This document shows, in pieces, positions 47,890 to 60,700 of a stretch of DNA of 64,000 bases. The notes beneath the pieces were generated by a model. The model was not told the origin of the DNA, did not search any database, and worked only from the letters and a program-made list of their open reading frames with translations. Both the position numbers and the translations under genes were made by a program. Source of the DNA: Antechinus flavipes. Its lineage: Eukaryota. The stretch spans positions 132,618,001 to 132,682,000 of the forward strand of contig NC_067401.1 in NCBI RefSeq assembly GCF_016432865.1, read 5' to 3'. Numbering within the stretch: position 1 is the stretch's first letter; each line of letters opens with the position of its first letter.

Positions 47890-48618
47890 TAAGAACTTAA
47901 GAATTGATTGTATGATATGGGAGATACTTGGACAGGACTGCCCAGCATGACAGGCCCTCATCAGGCCAGATGCTGTGTTCTGTGAATAAAGCAGAATTGA
48001 ATTAGCTCAGACCCTGGGCAAGACATTTAACATCTGTTTTCCTTAATCTACTAGAGAAGGAAATGGTTTGCAAACCACTCCAGTCCAATGGACTCTTTGC
48101 TAGGAAAAATCTATATAAAATCACAAAGAATTGGACGTGACTGACCAATCAACAATAACATAGATCTCCACATTATTTCTCCTGATAGAATGTAAGCTTC
48201 TTAAGGATAGGGACATTTTGCTCTTTGTATCCTCAATATCTAGCATAGTCCCTGACATATAGGAGGTACTCAATAATTTTTTATTGTCCGGCTGATTGAC
48301 TGACAAGAAACATGACATATTATATACAGTGCAAAGAACACTGGTTTCAAAGAGGACCTGTTTTCAAATCCTAACTCTGATACTTCCAATCTGATTGACC
48401 CTGGATAAGTCCCTAGTTCACAGACTTTTCATTTGAAAAATGAGGAGACTCGACTAAATGGTCTCTGAGATCTGATTTTATACATCTCACATTTTTTCTG
48501 AGCTAATTCAATTCTGCTTTATTCACAGAACACAGCATCTTGCCTGATGAGGGCCTGTCATGCTGGGCAGTCCTGTCCAAGTATCTCCCATATCATACAA
48601 TCAATTCTTAAGTTCTTA
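47890..48618. repeat. 122-bp inverted repeat pair (47890-48011 / 48497-48618), 485-bp spacer
   Basis: 121/122 identity by direct comparison. Confidence 0.95.
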
Positions 48619-48790
48619 AAAAAGATCTTTAGAATGTCCTTGTATCATTTTTTCTGACCACCTTATGAGTGGTTACTATGTATGAGTTCTCTATAAAATA
48701 AACTTTTTGGAAAGCATACATTTGACATTTGAACAATGTGTCCAACCCAATGGAGTTGTGCTCTCTATGGTACAGTTGGAATGCTTGGCA
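48545..48790 (-). mobile_element. RTE non-LTR retrotransposon fragment
   Basis: Similar to the RTE fragment at 51790-52240 (CTGGGCAGTCCTGT...CAAT...AAGTT shared). Confidence 0.65.
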
Positions 48791-49855
48791 ATTTACTTCT
48801 TTTGTTCAAAATGCTTTGGTCAGTTTATCTATTATCTATTTAAACTATTCTTTAGTTGGGAAAGGGGACTGAGGCTAAATGTGTGTGTGTGTGCGTGTGT
48901 GTGTGTGTGCACGTATCCGTGCATACATGTGGACTCATATATATGTGCCTGTGTTATATTTCAATTACAAAGAGGAAATAGCATACATACTTTTTAAAAA
49001 TCTAAAAAAGAGATTCCTCATATAGAAAAGATGTGGCATTTTGCAATGATTTCTCAGGCAATTTTCCTCTTTTTAAAAAATATTCAGGAAACATCACACT
49101 TATCAAACTCCTGTCTTTTATACTTTCACTCAAGTAAATGATCTGCTAATTAATTCTTTAAGAGAGATGAGGAAGATCCAGAAAACCAGCTTTCCCCTAT
49201 GAGCCAAAGTTATATTTCCTAAATATGGATCCCTTATGTGAGATCCTGAAAAATGCCACCCTGTTTGCAACTTGCTTGTTTCTTATTATTAATCACAGCT
49301 ATAGATTACTGCAACTTGCTTATAGTTACCAATATAGATTACTTATAGTTACTATTTATAGATTTTTCTCCTACTACTATTTCCTGAAAATTTAGTGGTT
49401 TGGGGGGTTTTTTGTTTATTTGATTTTTCACTATTTTAAAAACTTATTTTTATTCTGAACTTCACAAAAATTACATAAAATGAGCATTTCCATATAGTAG
49501 AAACAAAGTTTTCAAAGCTGTTTTGCTTGTCTTTACTTCTTTCTAAGTTTCTGTTCTCTGTAATTTTTTTTTACAAAGGTTTCAGTAATGCCTTTTTATT
49601 GTATAGATTGTTTAGCCCTTTCCTTAAGAGCCTATTCCCATAATTCTACAAATCAAATTATTCATTTCTCCAAAGACCATATAACTTTCCCCCCTCACAA
49701 ATAACTTAATCTAAAATTCTACCATTTATTTAACAAAAAAGGAGAAAAAACACACCACAGGGGATATGTTCACTGCTAATGGAAAAATAAGTCGGAGCAT
49801 ATGATGAAGGCTGCATACCAAGTCATCTTTAATGATGGATGATGATTAGAAGATA

Positions 49856-50074
49856 ATGACTTTTGCCTTTGAACATGAAAATGAGTTCTTCTTTGTAGTG
49901 ACAAAGAGCTTTTGGAAAGAATCTTAATCTGGCAACCAAACAAGCCAATCACCTTTTTTATGAGATGAGGAATACTTCCTATGAAATAATCATCTAAATA
50001 ATGAGGTGTTTTTTTTTTAATGGAAATTGACAAATTATCATGGGCCAACACCCACTAGGTTGAGTATATATAAG
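49856..50074 (+). promoter_or_regulatory. KRTAP3-E promoter: LEF/TCF-like CTTTGAA, CACCC box, TATA
   Basis: CTTTGAA 49867-49873; TGGGCCAACACCCACT 50041-50056 (exactly shared with the copy G promoter); TATATAAG 50067. Confidence 0.7.
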
Positions 50075-50160
50075 GGTGCCTGAGAGATGGTAAACCATCA
50101 GATTTGAAAAATCCTCCTTTCTGCATTCACTTAAAAAAACAAGCTAAAGCTACTCCCATC

Positions 50161-50475
50161 ATGTCTTGCTGTGGAACTTGCCTACATGACTGCTGCTGCA
50201 GCGTCCCCACTGGTCCAGCCACAACCATTTGCTCTTCAGACAAATGCTGCCGATGTGGAGTCTGCCTGCCCAGCACCTGCCCCCATGAGATCAGCCTTCT
50301 CCAGCCCATCTGCTGTGACTGCTGCCCTCCTCCTTGCTGCATGCCTGATCCCTATGTGGCATCTTGCTACCTGCTGAACTCCTGCCATCCCAGACCTGGA
50401 CTGTGTGGAATCAACCTGACCACCTACACTCAGCCTGGCTGTGAGCAGGAGCGAGTGTGCGAACCATGCTGCTAA
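50161..50475 (+). CDS. KRTAP3-1: Keratin-associated protein, KRTAP3-1-like, copy E (104 aa)
   Basis: ATG at 50161 (the ORF track starts at an upstream TTG). KAP3 core [29 protein letters not shown] followed by the 3-1-type [11 protein letters not shown]...GINLTTY.QPGCE; TATATAAG at 50067; AATAAA at 50751. Confidence 0.9.
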   Translation: MSCCGTCLHDCCCSVPTGPATTICSSDKCCRCGVCLPSTCPHEISLLQPICCDCCPPPCCMPDPYVASCYLLNSCHPRPGLCGINLTTYTQPGCEQERVCEPCC

Positions 50476-50750
50476 TCTAAGACTCCTCTCTCCAGTGACA
50501 TGGTTGTCTGGGCCCCAAAGTATTCCCTGCCTTCTGACAGTACCCTCTGCCTGCTTCCTGTGAAAGGATTTGTGAAGAATCAGCTTTCAAATCCTTGGAC
50601 AATATTTCCGTGAAACTGTCCAATTTCTTTACTTCACAGAGTATCTATCCATCCTTCCACATTCAAGGGAGGTTGGGAGATCTGTCTCTCTCTAATGCTA
50701 TCTTACTGCTTTGGGGTGGTATATGAACAAAATTCTTCTGTTTATGGGCT

Positions 50751-50756
50751 AATAAA
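50751..50756 (+). terminator. Polyadenylation signal, KRTAP3-E
   Basis: AATAAA about 275 nt after the stop, with GT/T-rich sequence downstream. Confidence 0.7.
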
Positions 50757-51789
50757 CTTCAACTTCCTGGCTTAGCAAATATAACTGTTGTGACTTTTCA
50801 TTTAGTTTAATGTTTCTCCTTTAAAAAAAAAAGTGGAATATATAACTGAGATGTTTGACAACTCTTTGCATGTCCTACACAGGTGTTAACACGTTATTGT
50901 GTAGTTTAGCCCCTGAATTTCACATGTTTAAATGTTCCAGGCATATATTAAAAGATTATTCAGTTAAATTTACTTGAATTAAATTGAATTAGTGGAATTT
51001 CAGCAAGCAAACCGATGGAGTGAGGTAATGGAATCCTATGTGTCCAGTTGAATCAAAAAGTATTTATTAAATGCCTACTATTTACCAGATATTATGAGGG
51101 TAAAAAACAGCTCCCATACTCAAGGAGCTCATAGTATACTGAGGGAGAAAAGATGTAAAACACCATATATAAGTAAGATATAAACAGAGTAAGTTAGAAA
51201 CAACTTAGAGGAAAGGCACTAAGATTAAGAAGGACTGAAGAGGGATTATTTTAAAAGATAAGACATTAGTTGAAACCTGAGGATGTTAGGGAAACTAGAA
51301 GGAGGGAGAACCAAGGTACAGGAGAACCAGTGAAAACATCCAGAGTCTAAATATGAATTGTCATCTGTGAGGAATAGCAGGAAGGCCAGTGTCTCTGAAT
51401 CTTAGAATACCATGGTGGTATTAGGGTAGGGGAGATATGTAATTTGCAAAATGACTGGAAATGTAGGAAGGGAGCAGGTTATGAAGGCTGTTAAAAGTCA
51501 ATCAAGGATTATATATTTGATCCTGTAAGAAATGAAAACCATTAGAATTTATTAAATAGGAGAGTGACATGGTCAGACTTGTGCTTTAGAAAGATCAATT
51601 TGTCAAGTGGGTTTAGTGTTGTCTGGAATGGAAAGAGACTTAAGACAAGGAGATCAACCAGTGAGCTATTACAATAGTCCACGAATGAGATGATGACATC
51701 TCCACCAAGGTTGTGGTAGGGAAATATGGCAGTCATATTTGTTTGTTTATTTGTTGTCTTTCTATCTTGAAGAAGACTAAAATGAATTC

Positions 51790-52240
51790 ACCATATTGGA
51801 GTCAAGGTACAGTGTGTCTGATTATAACTGATCAAACCATTTATGAGATCGAGTCTCTATCACAGATCAGGCAGAAGTAGTCTACATGAACATTTGGAGG
51901 TGAGATGTCTCTAACTTTGTGCATTTCAGGATTGTTTTGAGCTACTAGAATCCTGCTTTTCTCATAGAGCACAACATTTTCTTTGATAAGGGCATGTGAT
52001 ACTGGGCAGTCCTGTGCTGATGTCTCCCATGTCTCATAATCAATTACAAAGTTTTTCAGAGAGGCTTTGAAAATGTCTTTGTACCACTTCTTTTGACCTT
52101 CACATGAGCACTTGCCTTGTATGAGTTCTCCATAACAAAATATTTTGAGGCAAATGCATTTTTGGCATTTAAATGATGTGGCCATCCTATCAGAGTTGTA
52201 CTTTCTGCAGTCAAGTTTTAATGTTTGGCAGTTCAAAAGA
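51790..52240 (-). mobile_element. RTE non-LTR retrotransposon 3' fragment
   Basis: Minus ORF 51841-52236 resembles the RTE RT C-terminus (YGEL..GK.S..GQKK.YKD..KASLK.F.ID..TWE..AQD). Confidence 0.78.
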
Positions 52241-52779
52241 CATACTCTAAAGAAAGGGAAGGAAATAAGAAATGGGTAAGGTGTGTTATTTCATCCAGCT
52301 GAATCATAAGTGAATAAAAGAGGAGTAGTATGGGATAAAAAATAGAAAAGCAGAAGAGGGACAGACAATAAGATTCTTGAATGTCAAACTGAAGAGTTTA
52401 GACTTTCATCTGCAGGACATTGAAAGCCCATGATAATAGATCAGGAATCTTAGAGGTTATTTAGTCCAATGCTTTCATTTTATTAATAAGGAAATTGAAG
52501 CCCAGACATATTACCATACAGGGAGTAAATAGCAAAGCTAGAATTTGAATTCTAGAAAAGCAAGTAACTTAACCTCTCTGATACTTTCTTTTGTAAAAGG
52601 AAAAAGTTTGATGGAATGATCCATACACTCTTTATATTCCATGATTAGAGAGGCATCATGGTATAATAGGTAGGCACAATAAACTTAAAATCAGAAAATA
52701 TTCTTTTCAAAGCCCACCCTTAGAATTTATTAGCTGTATTATTGGCATTGTTGAGTTGTATCCAATTCTTTTTTTTAAA

Positions 52780-53740
52780 AGCCTTTTATTTTCAAAACAT
52801 GCATGGATAATTTTTCAACATTGGCCCCTTTCATAGCTTTGTGTTCCAAATTTTCCCCTCCTTCTCCTCATCCCCTTCCCTAGATAGCAAGCAATCCAAT
52901 ATATGTTATACATGTTAAAATATATATTCAATGCAATATATGTAAACATATTTATATAATTATTTTGCTGTATAAGAAAAATCTGATCAAAAAGGAAAGA
53001 AGTTGAGAAAGCAAAATGCAAGTGAACAACAACAAAAAGAGTGAGAATGTTATGTTGTAATCTACACTCAGTCTCCACAGACCTCTCTCTGCATGTAAAT
53101 GTCTCTCTTAATCACAAGATCATTGGAACTGGCCTCAATCATCTCATTATTGGAAAGAATCCCATCCATCAGAATTAATCGTTATATAATATTTGCTGTG
53201 TACAATGATCTCCTGGTCCTGCTCATTTCACTCAGCATCAGTTCATGTAAGTCTCTCCAGGCCTTTCTAAAATCATCCTGTTGGTCATTTCTTACAAAAC
53301 AATAATATTCCATAACATTCATATACCACAATATATTCAGCCATTCCCCCATTGATGGGCATCCAGTCAGTGTCCAGTTTCTTGCCACTACAAAGAGGGC
53401 TGCCACAAACATTTTTGCACATGTGAGTCTTTTTTCTTCCTTTAAGATCTCTTTGGGGTATAAGCCCAGTAGTAGCACTGCTGAACCAAAGAATATTCAC
53501 AATTTGAGAACTTTTTGGGCATAATTCCAGATTGCTCTCTAGAATGGTTGGATTTGTTCATAATTTCACCAACAATGCATCAATGTCACAGTTTTCCTGC
53601 ATCCCCTCCAACATGTATGTGGCAATTCAGAGTTGTCTTAATTTGCATTTCTCTAATCAATAGTGTTTAGAGAACCTTTTCATATAACTAGAAATGGTTT
53701 CAATTTTTTCATCTGAAAATTGTCTGTTCATGTTCTTTGT
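52780..53740 (-). mobile_element. 5'-truncated L1 3' end (antisense) with internal deletion
   Basis: Minus ORF 53182-53478 is the L1 ORF2 C-terminus (CAKMFVAALFVVARNW...WLN.LWYMNVMEYY); T-rich tail at about 52765-52790. Confidence 0.88.
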
Positions 53741-56592
53741 TGTGTTCAACACTTAACAACACAATGGACTGATATTGTCCATAGGGTTTTCTTGGCAAAG
53801 ATGTTGGAGAGGTTTGCCATCTCTTTCTCCAGTGAACTTTAGTAAATGGAGGTTAAATGGCTTGTCCAGCATCACATAGCTAGCAAGTATCTAAAGGTGG
53901 ATTAGAACTCGGGTCTACCTGACTCTAGACCCACACAGCCATCTACCTGCCTCCATTAGCTGTGTAATTGTAAGCAAATCACAATCTCTTTGGTTTCCTC
54001 TTCTGAAAAGAGGGAATAATAATTCCTAAAGTATCCCCTTTAAAGAGGTTCACATGGAATGTATATTAAGTGAGAAAGTCAGTTACTGTTACCAGATTCA
54101 TGCTTTGGGAAAATAAATTTGTCAAATCTTTGTGTAGAAAAGGTAGTGATTAGAAACAATATGACCAGTTAAGAATCTATCACCATTATTTATTGTGATA
54201 ATAACAATGGCTAATATTTATATAAGACTTTAAGATTTGAAAGATGCTTCACAAATCATATTTCCTTTGATCTTACAACAGCCCTGGAAGAGAGGTACCA
54301 TTATTGTACCCTTTTCATAGGTGAGGAAACTGAGGGTTGGAAAAGAAAAAGAATTCCCCAAGGCCCTATAGGTGGCATATGAGCCCAGTCAGTTTTTCCT
54401 GATTTCTAATCTGGCACTCTTCTATGCTTCCTAATTGCCTCATGGATACCAGAACTAGGGTAATATAATATTAACTATCAAAGCAAAGAAGGCACAGATA
54501 TGGAGAAATGTTATCAATATAGTTTCCTTTCTTATTCAAGGAAAATGTACATTATTTAATACCATTCCTTAATATCCTTCTACATTGTATCCTTGGTATT
54601 TGCCTAGAAGTCCTGATCCTAATCTTGACAAATTCAATCTCAGTCATTCAGTCTAAGTGCTCTAGCTAAAGACCAAACAAATTTTGAGAAGAGGGAAGGG
54701 AAATCTATAAATTCATGAAACAGGGCTCTGTTTTGTCTTCAATTATGAAAAAAAAAAGTGTTTGGTCCTTTGTGTTAATTACAGGGGATTGACAATTCTG
54801 GACTTGTAGTTAATTGATTGGCCCTATAAGTGCTAAGGATCCTCAATGCCTATAAACAAATAATCTTTTTTTAAAATTATTTTAAAGGAATTTGGTTTAA
54901 AAAAAAACACATTCATCATCAGTATATGCAATGGCAAAAAAATTTTCAAAGGAAAAAAACCCAGAAGTTTCTGAAACACCGCAATTCATTTTCTTTACAA
55001 AAAGATTTTAAATATTTTATATTTAATTAAGCTATAAAGTTTCTTTTCATGCCAAAGTAAGTTGCATAATGATTGAACTATGAGGACTTAAGAAGTCTAA
55101 AGTTCTTTCCTAACTTCCATTTTATCAAGATGAACTAGAATATTTGTTATTCTACTACCTCTTCATTTTATGTGGTTTTATGAGGGTGAATTATAAAAAC
55201 AATTTTTGTTTTTGTCTGGGTCAATGATTTCATCAGCGTGGGGGATCTCCCTACTGTACACACATTCCTCCACTGAAGCATATCAACAACTCCTCTGTAA
55301 CTTAGGGTTTTAGAGAATGGCCTAGGGCCTTGCCTGTTCTGTCTATGAAAAACTATCAGTGATCAGATGACATCATTTCCCAATCCTCTCATTCTCCAGA
55401 GAAGGAGACTAAGGATCAGAGAGATAAAGAGGCATTTCCAAAATCACAGAACAAATGAGAACAAAAAGTGAGGAATCCTGTACCATCTTCTTTCTAGAAT
55501 TCAGTTTGTAAGAGCTAACTACTGCTATTATTGTGGTTGTTGAGTTATTTCAATCACATCTAACTCTTAATAACACCATTTCCAGTTTCTTGGCAAAGAT
55601 AGTAATTTGACTTTTTCTTCTCTAGGTCATTTTACACATGAAGAAACTGAGGCAAACAGATGAAATGATTTGCCTAGGTCACATAGCTAATAAGTGTCTG
55701 AGGCCAGATTTGAACTCAGCTCTCCCTAAATAAAACTAAAACTAAAGTTAAAACTCATCTGTAACTTAATTGTTAGAATGTGAGATCTTAGAAAGAAGAG
55801 ATTCCCCACTTTTCACATTGTTTTCCAAGGGTTTAGCCTATAGTTATCACCTATTCAATGCTTTTTTCATTGATTCATTAAGTAATAGTCTAGATATCTA
55901 CATTCTAGATACCAATAAAATTATAGGCTTGCTCCTCTGAACAATCCTTTTGTTTTTCAGATTAGATCTTAGTTATAGGATTTTAAAGTTCTAAGAGTCT
56001 TTATGGACTATTTTGTCCAATTCTATTTCTAGATGAGGAAACTGACATTGAAATTCACCATCCCTCCTGATGTGACCTCGGAGCTAAAAGAGATCTTAGA
56101 GATTATCTAATTCCAAGATTTCTTAATCTTTTTGGTGTTATGGACCCCTCTAAAAGTTTAGTAAAACCTCAAAAGTCCTTTTTTAAAATAAAAATAATTT
56201 TAAAATAATGGACCCTTTAAATCTATCCAGAGACACCAAGGGGTTTCATGTACCTCAGCTTAAATATCTCTATGACCCAAAGCAAGTCATTTAACCTCTC
56301 AAGGTCTGTTTCTCCTTCTGTAAAATAGATTTGCATTCCACATGTTACAGATGACAGAAAATTAAAATAAAAGATTCAAATCCACTTAGCTAATTCCCAT
56401 CAGGTAAAGTATTTCCAGTTTTTAAACCTATGCCCCATCTACTGTATTGTACCAAGTCCTATTTGTAGCAACATGCTTTTAAGCCTCCTAGAAAAAAAAA
56501 TAAACTAACAAGTCATGCACGTGGAAAAAGAAACAAACAACAACAGGGAAGAATCCTTAAGTTTTGAGGAAAAGTTCAGAGGGGAAGAAAGG

Positions 56593-56601
56593 TATATAAA
56601 A
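56593..56601 (+). promoter_or_regulatory. TATA box of KRTAP3-F
   Basis: TATATAAAA about 100 bp upstream of the ATG. Confidence 0.8.
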
Positions 56602-56694
56602 GAATCAGAGGCCACTTCAACATAGGAGCACCTGTCCAAGTTTGCTGACCTTATTTCCTAGCCATAGTTTTCCTTTGCTGCTTAAGAAGACACT

Positions 56695-57006
56695 ATGTCT
56701 TGTAATGGAAGTTGTCTCCAGGGCTGCTGCTGCAGTGTCCCCACAGGTCCAGCCACCACCATCTGCTCTTCAGACAAATGCTGCCGATGTGGAGTCTGCC
56801 TGCCCAGCACCTGCCCCCATGAGATCAGCCTTCTCCAGCCTGTCTGCTGTGATTGCTGCCCTTCCTCCTGCGTGCCCCCCTGTGTGCCCGATTCTTATGT
56901 GCCAACATGCTGGCTGTTGAACTCCTGCCATCCCACCCCCAACCTCTGTGGCATCTCAGTGACCACATGCGTTCAACCCTGTGAGTGTGAACCATCTTGC
57001 TGCTAG
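56695..57006 (+). CDS. KRTAP3: Keratin-associated protein, KRTAP3 family, second 3-1-like gene, copy F (103 aa)
   Basis: Intact ORF; KAP3 core plus [12 protein letters not shown] and [15 protein letters not shown]; TATATAAAA at 56593; AATAAA at 57279 and 57342. Confidence 0.92.
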   Translation: MSCNGSCLQGCCCSVPTGPATTICSSDKCCRCGVCLPSTCPHEISLLQPVCCDCCPSSCVPPCVPDSYVPTCWLLNSCHPTPNLCGISVTTCVQPCECEPSCC

Positions 57007-59670
57007 ATAGCCATTTTTTAAGGAATACTATGGCATTCGTCAGTCTGCCAACATGACTCTGTGATCCCTTGATTTCTGCTGAGGGCAATTTAGCAAATAA
57101 TTGAATCCCCTCAAAAAAAACTGCTCAGTACCTGGACATTAAAGTTTATGAAAAATTTTCTGAACATTTTTTAAAATATCTGAAAAGAGAAATGGAAAGT
57201 ACTCTAAGAATATGACTATTAATGGTTGTTACAAGGATTTGGGGGGGGGGTAATCTGGGAGAAGTGCAAAGGAAAAAAAATAAATGCTTTCTCAAAAAAA
57301 AAAATTTAAAAACTAAAAATGTCTCCCATATTTAAAAAGTAAATAAACACCCATGTCTTCCAAACTATGTGTTGCTTCATCATTCTAAGCCATAATTATC
57401 CAAAGCCTATTAACCTAAGCATCATACTTCCATAAATATGCTCAGCAGAACTACATTCTGACGACATCAGTAAAAATCTTGCACCTTAATCCAATACCTT
57501 AATAGTTTCAGATTTGAAAATCTGGAAAAAAAACTTAAAAATGCTTATTTCAAAATTAAGAATTATTTAAAATTGTAAGTTAAACCTTACTAGGCATTTA
57601 ATGTTTACTTTTCCTACCATCTCCAACAACAAAGTTATTTATATCATTTAAAATCTGAAGCACATTCTGTCACTCAGAGGAAGGGCTATTTTGTTCTTAT
57701 CAATCAAACTTTTCAAAAGAAGAAACAAAAGGAGGATGCTCCCTGTGAACTAAATTATTTTTGGAAGAAATCATTGTCTCATGTACTCCAGAGCACAAAA
57801 GTGAAACATGCTTTCTTCTCCTTGGCAAAGAAGTGATGGACTACAGGTGCAGAATGTGCCATACATTGTCAATTTTTGGCTTGTTTTGCTTAACATACTT
57901 TGTTGAAAGTATGGTAGTTTTATTTGGAATGAAGGTAGAGGAAAAGAATTATCTGTAAATTAATCTAAAATTCCATTGAATATACAATCTCATTAATGTG
58001 GGGGTGCTCCCTCCAATGTTGAATCTTGTGCATCTCTTTTCTGTGTTTTCCCATTAGTTCACCACTATTAGGAGCATTTTTTTTTTTGGTTCTTTCGATA
58101 TCATGGGAATCTCAAAGTAGTAAGTTTATTTATTGGTTGTCCCTAACTTGCTATACAAGAAAGGAGAGGGGAAAGGGAGAAAGAAAAGGAGAAGGGAAGG
58201 AAGAATAAAGAGGAGAAAAAAGTTAAGAAATCTTTTGGGAATCACACATTTTTCATTTTAATTTCTAATTTTCAATTTTGACTTTAAATCAAATAATTTT
58301 TAAATTTCAAGAAATGATAAATGGGAATATTTAAAATTTTAATAACCAAACTATGCACATTATGTTTAAAATAAAAATTACTTGAGTCTATCAGTAATAT
58401 TTTTAAAGTTAAGAACATTAAATCTCTTCAAAATTGATTTAATCACTCTTTATATCTACATGTGATCAAGTTAGATTATTTTATTTCCCTTATGTTCTCA
58501 TAGAACTACTACCAAGCAGTCAGGACCCTTGGAATATGTAGGAGGCATCTATGTGTTATAGTAGATGAAGTGCTACCCTGGAATCCAGAAAACTTCAATT
58601 CAAATCTGACCTCCGATAGAGGGTATCTGAATGATTCTAGGCAAGTCACTTAACTTCTGCTTGTTTCAGTTTCCTCATTTATAAAATGGGGATAATTATA
58701 GCCTCTCCTACATAGTGTTGTGAGGATCAAATAAGGCAAAAATATTTGTAAATCTTAAAACAACATATAAATGGTAGATTTTAAACCAAAAAATTCATTC
58801 AATTAATATTTATTGAAGTATTTCCATGTGTATAGTAGTGCTGTAGGGCATTTGGAAATAAATTTATCCTCCAGGAATTTATAATCTATAGTTACAGGGG
58901 AGATGCATATCAGAAACTACCAAATGACACTGGACAGTAGAGGCACAAAGAGGAATGTGCCCTAGTTTACACTTCTCACTGACTCACATCTTTTTCATGT
59001 TCCAACTGGAATCTATAGTTTTAAGTCATAGTAAACACGATTATCATTTATACCTTGATCCAGTGTTTTTAGATGCTTTCTTAAAAATGAGTTGTTATAC
59101 TAATATTCATAGAATTACAAAACATCAGATCTGGAAAGAATTTCAGAAATCATCAAGTTCAATTCTTTCATTTTACAGATGAAGAAACTGAGGTACAAGG
59201 AATAAAAACAATTTTACCAAGGTAACATATCTGATAAATGCCTGAGTAAAACTCAGCTCAAAGAAGTAACAGTTACCATAGGAAAGAGTAATATTGAAAA
59301 AAAACACCATGTAGTCATTCAGTGAAATCCAGTAACACTTTCCCTCCAATAAAACATAGTAAATGAAGGTCTTTCTCCTTTTATGTAAACTGTATATATT
59401 TTTAAAGCATCACCACTGTCAAAAGCTTGAAAAGTGCTGTCAAAAGTGTATTGTATTGGACAGAAGTTATTTACACACAGGGTAAAGTTAAGAGGATAGA
59501 GCAGAATACAGTATGCTTTAGGAGAAGCAAAGAAAGCAGGAATAGTAATACTGATCTCAGAAAAAGCATAAGCAAAAAATAGATCTAATTAAAAGCTAAA
59601 GAAGGAAACTACATCTTCCTGAAAGACACTATAAAAATGAAGTGATATCAATACTAAACATATATGTACC

Positions 59671-60604
59671 TCAAGATCACTATTGATCAGAGAAATGCAA
59701 ATTAAGACAACTCTGAGATACCTCTATACACCTCTCAGATTGTCTAAAATGACAGGAAAAAAGAATGATAAATGTTGGAGGGGATGTGGGAAACCTGGAA
59801 CACCAATATATTGCTGGTGGAATTGTGAATAGATCCAACCATTCTGGAGATCAATTTGGAACTATGCTCAAAAAGTTATCAAACTGTGCATCCTTTTGAT
59901 CCAGCAGTGTTACTACTGGGCTTATACCCCAAAGAGATCTTAAAGGAGGGAAAGGGACCCATATGTGCAAAAATGTTTGTGGCAGCCCTCTTTGTAGTGG
60001 CAAGGAACTGGAAAATGAATGGATGCCCTTCAATTGGAGAATGGCTGAATAAGTTTTGGTATATGATTGTTATGGAACATTATTGTTCTATAATCAGCAG
60101 GATGATCTTAGAAAGGCCTGGGAATGAGCAGAACCAGGATATCATTATACACAGCAAGAACAAGATTATACAATGATCAATTCTGATGGACATGGCTCTG
60201 TCCAACGGTGACATGATTCAAATAATTTTCAAAGATCTTGTGATGAAGAGAGCCATCTACACCCAGAGAGAGGACTGAGGGAACTGATTGTGGACCACAG
60301 CATAGAATTTTTAATCTTTCTGTTGTTGTTTGCTTGCATTTTGTTTTCTTTCTCAGTTTTTTTCCCCTTCTTGATCCTATTTTTCTTGTGCAGCAAGATA
60401 ACTGCATAAATATGTATATGTATATTGGATTTAACATATATTTTAACATATTTAACATTGGATTACCTGCCATCTAGGGAAAGGAGTAGGGGAAAGGAGG
60501 GGAAAATCTGAAACACAAGGTTTTGCCAGAGTTAGTGTTGAAAAATTACCCATGCATATATTTTGTAAATAAAAAGCTTTAATAAAATAAGAAATTTAAA
60601 AAAT
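59671..60604 (+). mobile_element. 5'-truncated L1 nested in an older L1 endonuclease-domain fragment
   Basis: L1 ORF2 3' end and 3' UTR; degenerate TSD AAACATATATGTACC (59656-59670) / AAATGCATATGTACC (60605-60619); EN-domain relic about 59460-59670. Confidence 0.8.
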
Positions 60605-60700
60605 AAATGCATATGTACCAAATGAAATCTGAAGTAACTCTAAAGGATTAATGATGAAGCTTACTATCTACCTCCAGAGAAAGAATTAATACTGATTGAC

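Noticed and set aside
50104-50160. 19-aa N-terminal extension of KRTAP3-E in the ORF track
   Set aside because: Starts at TTG only a few nt after the expected TSS; the ATG at 50161 matches the paralog start and context.
59460-60620. A single L1 with a large internal deletion joining the EN domain to the ORF2 C-terminus
   Set aside because: A degenerate 15-bp TSD and brief resumption of EN-like sequence after 60619 favour a nested insertion of a truncated L1 into an older fragment.
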